Origin: Paragordius varius
Lineage: Eukaryota; Animalia; Nematomorpha
Reading direction: 5' to 3'
DNA length: 23,854 nucleotides
Assembly (NCBI GenBank): GCA_964247055.1
Contig: CAXTSY010000017.1
Span: 1-23,854 of the forward strand
The notes under the pieces are model-generated. The model ran no database searches. It was given only the letters and a program-made list of their open reading frames with translations, and was not told where the DNA came from. How positions within the stretch are numbered: the stretch's first letter is position 1; every line of letters begins with the position of its first letter. This document shows, one piece after another, positions 1 through 9,489 of the stretch. Position numbers and translations under genes: made by a program.

Positions 1-2901
1 ACCCTAACCGCCCCAACCCCCCCCCCTACCTATCCTACCTAACCCCTAACCCGAACCCTAACCCCTAACCCTAACCCTAACCCTAACCCTAACCCTAACC
101 CCTAACCCTAACCCTAACCCTAACCCTAACCCTAACCCTAACCCTAACCCTAACCCTAACCCTAACCCTAACCCTAACCCTAACCCTAACCCTAACCCTA
201 ACCCTAACCCTAACCCTAACCCTAACCCTAACCCTAACCCTAACCCTAACCCTAACCCTAACCCTAACCTAACCCTAACCCTAACCCTAACCCTAACCCT
301 AACCCTAACCCTAACCCTAACCCTAACCCTAACCCTAACCCTAACCCTAACCCTAACCCTAACCCTAACCCTAACCCTAACCCTAACCCTAACCCTAACC
401 CTAACCCTAACCCTAACCCTAACCCTAACCCCTAACCCTAACCCTAACCCTAACCCTAACCCTAACCCTAACCCTAACCCTAACCCTAACCCTAACCCTA
501 ACCCTAACCCTAACCCTAACCCTAACCCTAACCCTAACCCTAACCCTAACCCTAACCCTAACCCTAACCCTAACCCTAACCCTAACCCTAACCCTAACCC
601 TAACCCTAACCCTAACCCTAACCCTAACCCTAACCCTAACCCTAACCCTAACCCTAACCCTAACCCTAACCCTAACCCTAACCCTAACCCTAACCCTAAC
701 CCTAACCCTAACCCTAACCCTAACCCTAACCCTAACCCTAACCCTAACCCTAACCCTAACCCTAACCCTAACCCTAACCCTAACCCTAACCCTAACCCTA
801 ACCCTAACCCTAACCCTAACCCTAACCCTAACCCTAACCCTAACCCTAACCCTAACCCTAACCCTAACCCTAACCCTAACCCTAACCCTAACCCTAACCC
901 TAACCCTAACCCTAACCCTAACCCTAACCCTAACCCTAACCCTAACCCTAACCCTAACCCTAACCCTAACCCTAACCCTAACCCTAACCCTAACCCTAAC
1001 CCTAACCCTAACCCTAACCCTAACCCTAACCCTAACCCTAACCCTAACCCTAACCCTAACCCTAACCCTAACCCTAACCCTAACCCTAACCCTAACCCTA
1101 ACCCTAACCCTAACCCTAACCCTAACCCTAACCCTAACCCTAACCCTAACCCTAACCCTAACCCTAACCCTAACCCTAACCCTAACCCTAACCCTAACCC
1201 TAACCCTAACCCTAACCCTAACCCTAACCCTAACCCTAACCCTAACCCTAACCCTAACCCTAACCCTAACCCTAACCCTAACCCTAACCCTAACCCTAAC
1301 CCTAACCCTAACCCTAACCCTAACCCTAACCCTAACCCTAACCCTAACCCTAACCCTAACCCTAACCCTAACCCTAACCCTAACCCTAACCCTAACCCTA
1401 ACCCTAACCCTAACCCTAACCCTAACCCTAACCCTAACCCTAACCCTAACCCTAACCCTAACCCTAACCCTAACCCTAACCCTAACCCTAACCCTAACCC
1501 TAACCCTAACCCTAACCCTAACCCTAACCCTAACCCTAACCCTAACCCTAACCCTAACCCTAACCCTAACCCTAACCCTAACCCTAACCCTAACCCTAAC
1601 CCTAACCCTAACCCTAACCCTAACCCTAACCCTAACCCTAACCCTAACCCTAACCCTAACCCTAACCCTAACCCTAACCCTAACCCTAACCCTAACCCTA
1701 ACCCTAACCCTAACCCTAACCCTAACCCTAACCCTAACCCTAACCCTAACCCTAACCCTAACCCTAACCCTAACCCTAACCCTAACCCTAACCCTAACCC
1801 TAACCCTAACCCTAACCCTAACCCTAACCCTAACCCTAACCCTAACCCTAACCCTAACCCTAACCCTAACCCTAACCCTAACCCTAACCCTAACCCTAAC
1901 CCTAACCCTAACCCTAACCCTAACCCTAACCCTAACCCTAACCCTAACCCTAACCCTAACCCTAACCCTAACCCTAACCCTAACCCTAACCCTAACCCTA
2001 ACCCTAACCCTAACCCTAACCCTAACCCTAACCCTAACCCTAACCCTAACCCTAACCCTAACCCTAACCCTAACCCTAACCCTAACCCTAACCCTAACCC
2101 TAACCCTAACCCTAACCCTAACCCTAACCCTAACCCTAACCCTAACCCTAACCCTAACCCTAACCCTAACCCTAACCCTAACCCTAACCCTAACCCTAAC
2201 CCTAACCCTAACCCTAACCCTAACCCTAACCCTAACCCTAACCCTAACCCTAACCCTAACCCTAACCCTAACCCTAACCCTAACCCTAACCCTAACCCTA
2301 ACCCTAACCCTAACCCTAACCCTAACCCTAACCCTAACCCTAACCCTAACCCTAACCCTAACCCTAACCCTAACCCTAACCCTAACCCTAACCCTAACCC
2401 TAACCCTAACCCTAACCCTAACCCTAACCCTAACCCTAACCCTAACCCTAACCCTAACCCTAACCCTAACCCTAACCCTAACCCTAACCCTAACCCTAAC
2501 CCTAACCCTAACCCTAACCCTAACCCTAACCCTAACCCTAACCCTAACCCTAACCCTAACCCTAACCCTAACCCTAACCCTAACCCTAACCCTAACCCTA
2601 ACCCTAACCCTAACCCTAACCCTAACCCTAACCCTAACCCTAACCCTAACCCTAACCCTAACCCTAACCCTAACCCTAACCCTAACCCTAACCCTAACCC
2701 TAACCCTAACCCTAACCCTAACCCTAACCCTAACCCTAACCCTAACCCTAACCCTAACCCTAACCCTAACCCTAACCCTAACCCTAACCCTAACCCTAAC
2801 CCTAACCCTAACCCTAACCCTAACCCTAACCCTAACCCTAACCCTAACCCTAACCCTAACCCTAACCCTAACCCTAACCCTAACCCTAACCCTAACCCTA
2901 A
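1..2901 (-). repeat. Telomeric repeat array (TTAGGG)n, seen as (CCCTAA)n; left end of a chromosome, about 480 units
   Basis: CCCTAA tandem from the window start to ...CCCTAA at 2901. C-rich strand 5' at the sequence start is the orientation expected for a true left chromosome end. Bases 1-60 are degenerate. Variant units are CCCCTAA at 62, 99 and 429 and CCTAA at 268; no variants seen from 436 to 2901. Confidence 0.98.
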
Positions 2902-2902
2902 C

Positions 2903-3492
2903 GGCGTCGTCAGTTCGTTTTCAGCATATTTTTTCAGCAATCATTCTATCCGTTGTCCGTCACTTTCTAGCCGTCGTCAGTTGGTTTGCATTCCCCCTAT
3001 CCGTCGTCAGTCATTTTTCGGCATTCCTCCTATCCTACGTCAGTCATTTTTTAGCAATCATTCTATCCGTCGTCAGTCTGTTTTTGTCCGTCACTTTCTA
3101 GCCGTCGTCAGTTAGTTTTTTGCATTCCCCCTATCCGTCGTCAGTCATTTTCCAACAATCATCCTATCCGTCGTCAGTCATTTTTCGGCATTCCTCCTAT
3201 CCGTCGTCAGTCTGTATTTGTCCGTCCTTTTCTATCCGTCGTCAGTTGGTTTTCCTGCATTCTCCCAATCCGTCGTCAGTCATTTTTCAACAATCATCCT
3301 ATCTGTCGTCAGTCTGTTCTTATCCGTCGTCAGTTTGTTTTAAGCATTCCTCTTATCCGTCGTCAGTCATTTTTCAGCGATCATCCTATCCGTCGTCAGT
3401 GATTTTTCGGCATTCCCCTATCCGTCGTCAGTCATTTTGAATTCTATGTGTCGTCAGTCTCTTCCTAGCAGTCGCCAGTTCGTTTGCATTCC
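2903..3492 (-). repeat. Subtelomeric array of about 18 diverged 33-bp-type units (core CTATCCGTCGTCAGT on +); outer domain of the left inverted arm
   Basis: Recurrent (C)TATCCGTCGTCAGT / TAGCCGTCGTCAGT about every 33 bp. It is the reverse complement of the array at 9490-11359 but more heterogeneous, with several deleted or eroded units. Confidence 0.93.
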
Positions 3493-4064
3493 TGAGGAAG
3501 TATTTTAAAAAATCGTTAGAAGATATTAAAAAACATATTTAAACATTTCCACCGGAATTCACTTTTAATCACACCATTATGTAGGGCATTAATTTTTTCC
3601 AGACAAATCACAAAATTAACAATTACACACCCAAATTAATATAAACACAAATTTCCAACTATACATTTGTTTAAGCTTTTTTATAAATGTTTTTAATACG
3701 AGTTTTCAATTATTATTTAATGGTATCTAAAAACTGAAAATATGCTTTTTTATGTGTTTTATTGTAATAATTAATATGATAACCTAGTATAAATCTTAGC
3801 ACTCCTTAATAATTATGATTTTTACAAATATCAATATAATGTTTGTTTAGTTATTTTAACTTACGCTTTATTTGTGTGTTTTAATTGTTAGCAATATTGA
3901 TATTTTTTATTAGGGTTATCAATGTTTTACTATGTTTTTTAGTACAAAAACTAATCATACTTTTCTCGTTATCGTTTAAAACGGTACTTTTGCAGCCGAT
4001 AACATGTTAGAGATAAAAACTATTATAATTTTTTTATAATCATGTTTTCATAGTTTGGTATTTT
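3493..4064. repeat. Inner AT-rich domain of the left inverted arm
   Basis: 3493-3830 is the reverse complement of about 9128-9471 (roughly 12-13 mismatches in the first 180 bp by eye). 3835-4064 is the reverse complement of 8031-8263. Homology stops at TAGTTTGGTATTTT (4064) / AAAATACCAAACTA (8031). Confidence 0.92.
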
Positions 4065-5170
4065 GATCCAATATGTACGCTATAGATGTGAGTATGATTA
4101 ATTTTTTTAATAGTATCAAAATTATAAAAATATATTTTTTTTTCTGTGTTTTATTATACAGGCTATTTATTAATAATTATAATAATCTAGTATGAATCTT
4201 GCCGCATATAAATAATATTTTGATATATCAGTACATTCATGTTTACTTGTTTTACCTTTTGGGTTATAAGTTTGGCAGCTGGCATCATAAATACGAAAGA
4301 TAATTATTCTATTTTTGTTGACAATTATGTGATTGGGGTATTAAGCTAGTATGAATCTTGCCGCCCCTAATTTCGATATATCAGTCTTCTGCGTTATTTG
4401 CGTGTTGATTTTTTTTGCAACATCGATATTTAATTTGGATTATTAATGTTTTTTTACATTTAAGCAATTTTTATTTTCTGATCATAGTTTTAATTGGAAC
4501 TTTCGCAGCTGGATAACATGTTAAATACAAAAGATAATTCTATTTTTGTTGACAATTATGTGATTTTTTTAGTTTAACTGTTTGGGGTATTATGCATTAC
4601 ACTATATATGTGTTTTTATATTTTCCGCTTAATTGATGCATGACTAATCTGTTTCTATCAAAAAAAAATATATATTTTTCTGTGTTTAATGGTACAGGCT
4701 TTTTAAATAATTAATATAATATTCTAGTAAGAATCTTAGCTCATTTAAATAATTATGATATTTTAAAATAGTATCCTGATGCTTACGTTATATTTCTAAT
4801 GCGTTTTTTGTCTGTTGACTTTGTTTGCACAATCGATATTTTGCATTAGAAACATGAATGTTTTACCAGGTTTTTTACAACATTTTAAAACGTTTATTTC
4901 TCGTCATTGTTTTAAACGGTACGTACGCAGCTTTATAACATGTTAAAGATAAAGGAATGTGATTTTCATAGTTTATTATACGTGGTCATTATGCATTAGG
5001 CTATATATGTGTTTATATATTTGTCTCTACCGATGTTTACTTATTTTGTCTTATGCGTTTTTTATGTTATAATTTTGTTATTTATATTTTTTATAACATC
5101 ATAGTTTGTTATTGTATTAAGCTATAGATTGTTTAATTGCCGCTAAAATTTGATGCGTGATTAATCTTTA
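3745..5170 (+). repeat. Old, degenerate direct repeats of a roughly 400-540 bp AT-rich module (3-4 copies, one partial)
   Basis: Shared anchors: CTAGTA(T/A)(G/A)AATCTT at 3784, 4187, 4346, 4724; GCAGC..ATAACATGTTA at 3992, 4505, 4927 (partial at 4275); TTTTTCTGTGTTT near 4139 and 4676; TTATGCATTA..CTATATATGTGTTT near 4590 and 4990. Boundaries are approximate. Confidence 0.75.
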
Positions 5171-5369
5171 TCAGTAACGTACAAATATGTAATTTGAACA
5201 AAATGTTTTTTAACAAAATTTATTAATAAATAAACAGAAAAGAATAATAAAAAAGTTTGATTTTATAGAAATATGTTTGAAATTTAATATTTGTTGAATT
5301 GCATAAATAATAATAATTTCAAGCCATTAAAGTCAGTTTTTTTAAATATCATTTAATAAACTTTCTTAA

Positions 5370-5900
5370 TTAATATTTTGCATTCAACTACAGCATGTAA
5401 TTTAAATATATTAAATTTAAATTTTACATTTTATAATATGTTTTTAATAAAAGACTATGTTATATAAAATTATTTATTTATATTGGAGTAAAATTACGTG
5501 TTACAATAAAAGTATTAAACTAAATTTTGCAGATTACTTTAATTATTATAATAAATAAATATGGTAGTGATTATTTTTTTTAATATTCAAAAAAATAAAT
5601 ATTTTCAATTATATTAATAAGTTGTTACATAAAACCGATTAATATTTCGCATTCAACTACAGCGTGAATTATATATAATCAAATTATTGAGAATTTGGAA
5701 TTTATTATTATGTTTTTAATGTAAGTCTTTTATATCCTATTATATATTTGAATTAGAACACAGTAATTACGTGTTACAATTAAAGTATTATAAAAAATTT
5801 TGTATATTGTTTATTATAATGAATAAATCTGGTATTAATCATTTTTTCTAATTAAATAAATAAAAATAATAATAATTTATGTGCAAGATGTTGTTAATAA
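5370..5900 (+). repeat. Diverged tandem duplication of about 270 bp
   Basis: CATTCAACTACAGC at 5381 and 5650; AATTACGTGTTACAAT at 5492 and 5765 (offsets 269 and 273). Confidence 0.75.
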
Positions 5901-6130
5901 ATATTATATCAATTATATTGATTATAAATTGTGATAAAATAATATCTAATCGACCTAAAACAAGACTAAGCGTTAACATAAAACTATTCTTTTATCTAGG
6001 TTTAACGAATACAAAAATTAATTATTATTAAAATAATTCTTTTAGTAAGTTTATTATTTTAAATTATAATCGCATCTAAAACTAAATTAGAATTTGTATT
6101 AAACTGTAGTTTAATGATAAAAAATTATTT

Positions 6131-6221
6131 TGTTTCATAATACTTTTATGGTAAAACATCTTTGATAGTGCCATTGTTTCATAATACTTTCTTTATGGTA
6201 AAACATTTATGATAGTGCCAT
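6131..6221 (+). repeat. Two-copy tandem duplication of 44-47 bp
   Basis: TGTTTCATAATACTTT(CTT)TATGGTAAAACAT..TGATAGTGCCAT at 6131-6174 and 6175-6221. Confidence 0.85.
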
Positions 6222-8030
6222 TTATAAGATATGTTTTGATATTTTAATTGCTAAAAATTTAACCTAAATAAAACAACATTTTTTTGTATAGCATAAAACA
6301 TTTTTGGTTTATAAAGATCAGAAACATGTTTTTTTAAAAAAATAATATTCATTTCTTATTTTAAAAAAGATATTTTTTTATTTTTTATGGACTAACATAT
6401 GCTATTGTAATATGTTGTCACTTTATAAATAATGTACATGAATTTAACTTTATTAAAACATAGTTCACTAGAATTTTTTATATAAATCAGTTCTTAGCGA
6501 ACGCACCATGTGTTTGCGGTTAATATATTTTTATTATAGCTGGTATGGAGTACAAACCATATTTATTTATTTCTATAATAATTCTATTTAGTTGTAAAGT
6601 GTGACCTAAAATTAATAAATGAATTATGTCTATTAATTAAACAGCATTTTCTATTATGTTTACTGAAATAATTAAATTATATTATTAGTTACGTTAATTT
6701 AATGATTTTGATAACTCACAAACTGGAAAAAATAAGTAGGATAAAACGTATAAAGCCTGTTAAATAAATCTAAATATTTAGATCATGAATTGAAATACAT
6801 TTTCAAAATTTTTTATAAGCTCTTCTATTGCTATAAATATTTTATCAGATAATTATATACATCAATATAATTATTTTGATATTTAATTACTTTTTGAAAG
6901 TAATTATAGTATTTTTTTCTAACAAACATTTTTTATTTAAAAATAATAAATGATTATTTATTTTTTTTAATGAAATATCTAGATAAAACAGGCAAAACGC
7001 AAAACAAATAATTATTAACAGTTTAAATTAACAAAAACGAGAACTATATTGTTAAAAACAATGTTTAATAAAAAAAATTTGCCGTATATATATTTTTACA
7101 GATTGTGCTCAAAATAAATAATATATTATTAAAAAATATTGTTAACAATAATATTATATATTTCAATTTACAAATAAATAAATTATGATATTTTTTTAAT
7201 TTAAATGTTAACTTAAGCGTGTAATTATTTCTATGCATTAATTAATTGACATTTATATTAAAAAATATAAAATATAAAAATTATTTTTTTGTAAAAATAG
7301 AAAATTAAGGTTATAGAAATTTTAACCATGTTTGGAATTTTTTTTATTTTAAAAACTATAAAAGTTATGTTATTAATACGAATTTATAAATGATTAAACA
7401 TATCATTTTATGCTTTTTATAAATAATAATATTTTTTGCAAATTTTTTTGAAGTTAACAACTTAAGTTAAAAAAGTAGCTTAAAAAACAATATTAGAATA
7501 TGTTTATAGCATAAATTTAATAAATGTTAGAATTTTGAAAAATATCTTTTTACGCTAATTTAAATTTAAAAATTATTGACACTCTTTGCATTTATTTTAA
7601 TTAATGAATATTTGTTGTTTAGATTTTTACTTTACTAAACTCGTTAATCCACTGACATTTTTTTGATTTTAAATAGATCTCTCAATATCACTTTGTTTTT
7701 TATAATCCTTTTGATTGATCTTTATTTTGTAAAAAATGATAACTCAGCTTTAAAATTAATAATTTTAACATATATTTACAATCTTAATTGGCCTATAATT
7801 TAGTTTCTATTTGCCTTGATTGGTTTAAATAAGCCTAAAAAACCCTATCTAAACAACTTAAAATTAACATCAAACAATTTTTAATATTTGAGGCAAAACT
7901 TCATTCAAAGTTTCTGACATATCACCATCATATAAGAGTTTTTTAAGGAAGAAAAGGTGGGTAGAATATAACACCAAAAAGGTAATAAAAAATTGGGATG
8001 CTATCATATATTTTTTTTTTGATATGTTTT

Positions 8031-8263
8031 AAAATACCAAACTATGAAAACATGATTATAAAAAAAATATAATTGTTTTTATTTTAACATGTTATCGGCT
8101 GCAAAAGTACCGTTTTAAACGATAACAAAAAAAAGGATGATTAGTTTGAAATGTACTAAAAAACATAGTAAAACATTGATGGCCCAAATAAAAAATATCA
8201 ATATTGCAAACAATGAAAACACACAAATAAAGCGTAAGTTAAAATAACTAAACAAACATTATT
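8031..8263. repeat. Inner domain of the right inverted arm, proximal piece
   Basis: Reverse complement of about 3835-4064, e.g. AAAGCGTAAGTTAAAATAACTAAACAAACATTAT and GTTATCGGCTGCAAAAGTACCGTTTTAAACGATAAC. Confidence 0.9.
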
Positions 8264-8265
8264 AA

Positions 8266-8817
8266 ATGCAGATATACCAAACAAATGAAATTGTACAGTA
8301 TTTAGCAACAAGGCTATCAAAAAGAATGGATTACAACAGCAGTAAACAAAATTTTAAAAAGAAATCTATCTCTTATTTCGGCAAATCCAGATGGTTGTGT
8401 AACATAAAAGTAGTTTATAAACCAACATCAAACGTTTTAAAAATGTTAAAGTCTAAGGAAGTGGAAATGGAAAACACGATATACAAGTTGAGATGCAAGA
8501 ATTGCCCGGCAATTTACATAGGCCAGTCAAAGCCAAACTTAAAGGTAAGATATAAGGAACATTAAAAAAGCAAAAGTTCGGCCATGTTTCTGCATTGCGT
8601 GGATAACAACCATGAATGCTCAAACAGAATTGACGTTTTCGTTGAAAGAAAACACAGCGCAAGTAACACAAAAAAAGCCCTCTTTATACAGAGCGCAGAA
8701 GATGGTTTGCTTAATCGCCGTAAAAAGAGGAAAGCTATAAATTCTGAAACTAAATCATTTATAAAAAATTATCGAATTTTTAATGACAAACCATTTTATA
8801 GTGTTGATATTACTTAA
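8266..8817 (+). pseudogene. GIY-YIG endonuclease domain with CCHH zinc-finger motif (Penelope-type), interrupted by an in-frame TAA at 8563-8565
   Basis: ORFs 8266-8565 and 8584-8817 are in the same frame (offset 318 nt). Joined translation: ...SYFGKSRWLCNIKVVYKPTSNVLKMLKSKE..TIYKLRCKNCPAIYIGQSKPNLKVRYKEH*KSKSSAMFLHCVDNNH...ALFIQSAEDGLLNR. This matches the PLE pattern VYxIxCxxCxxxYIGxT...RxxEH...SAxxxHxxxxxH...LNR, recognised by motif only, without a database search. Confidence 0.88.
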
Positions 8818-9033
8818 ATTTTAATAATTTTACGCTTATACATTTATTTACAATTAATTTTTGTGAAAAAAAATACACATTTGATTTTTTACATCACAAC
8901 GGTTTTCTAAGTGATCTTTCTTTCTTTTGTTCACTAACGGTTTGTGATTTTTTTCCTATATAAGTAATATCAACCATGATTTTGTTCATTTTTTTAATTA
9001 TTATTTTCTTATATTATATATATTTTTCTTAAC

Positions 9034-9072
9034 TAATCTCCTGATGATGCTATGGCAAAAATTTGAGAATTA
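9034..9072 (+). ncRNA. Probable degenerate minimal (type I) hammerhead ribozyme in the PLE 3' UTR
   Basis: Stem I TAATCTC (9034-9040) / GAGA(A)TTA (9065-9072); core CTGATGA (9041-9047); T plus a 2-bp stem II GC-TATG-GC; then AAAA where GAAA is required (G12 appears mutated to A); short palindromic AATT as stem III. It lies about 220 nt downstream of the endonuclease frame on the same strand. Confidence 0.55.
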
Positions 9073-9120
9073 AAAAATTATATTTTTATTATTTGCGTTA
9101 TTTTACGACGATTCCTACAT

Positions 9121-9471
9121 CATTATTTTATAGATATTTTAAAAAATCATAATTATTAAGGAGTGCTAAGATTCATACTAGGTTATCATATTAATTATTA
9201 CAATAAAACACAGAAAAAAACATATTTTCAGTTTTTAGATACCATTAAATAATAATTGAAAACTTGTATTAAAAACATTTATAAAAAAGCTTAAACATTT
9301 GTATATTTGGAAATTAGTGTTTATATTGATTTGGGTGTGTAATTGTTAATTTTGTGATTTGTCTGGAAAATATTAATGCCCTACAAGATAGTGTGATTAA
9401 AAGTGAATTCCCGTGGAAATGTTTAAATATGCTTTTTAATATCTTCTAACAATTTTTTAAAATACTTCCTC
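9121..9471. repeat. Inner domain of the right inverted arm, distal piece
   Basis: Reverse complement of about 3493-3840, e.g. GGAGTGCTAAGATTCATACTAGGTTATCATATTAATTATTACAATAAAACAC and GTGTGATTAAAAGTGAATTCC. Confidence 0.92.
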
Positions 9472-9489
9472 ATATCTCTCGAGAGGAGT

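Larger units (their letters stand above)
8264..9120 (+). mobile_element. 5'-truncated Penelope-like retroelement (PLE) fragment: endonuclease region plus 3' UTR
   Basis: 857-bp block absent from the equivalent point of the left arm. Flanked by CATTATT at 8257-8263 and 9121-9127 (candidate target-site duplication). Contains a PLE-type GIY-YIG frame and a downstream hammerhead-like motif. No reverse transcriptase sequence is present. Confidence 0.85.

Noticed and set aside
1-435. Variant telomere units at the distal tip as biological telomerase errors
   Set aside because: They are homopolymer-length changes confined to the low-coverage contig end, most simply explained as consensus errors. This cannot be resolved without reads.
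58-2940. 960-aa poly-GL/VR ORF on the minus strand
   Set aside because: It is simply the telomere repeat: two of three frames of TTAGGG have no stop. The called start is TTG, not ATG, and frame switches coincide with the variant units at 99, 268 and 429. GL and VR dipeptides from telomeric RNA have been reported in mammals, but nothing here shows translation.
3910-3918. TTAGGGTTA inside the left arm
   Set aside because: It is only 1.5 units, and the right arm has TTTGGGCCA at the equivalent site. It is compatible with chance and is not an interstitial telomere tract.
8453-8671. 72-aa minus-strand ORF
   Set aside because: It is the antisense shadow of the GIY-YIG frame, with no recognisable motif.
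8264-9120. Telomere maintenance by retrotransposon (Athena/Terminon or HeT-A-like)
   Set aside because: A long canonical telomerase-type tract is present. The element is a single truncated endonuclease-bearing fragment, not joined to telomeric repeats, and has no RT.
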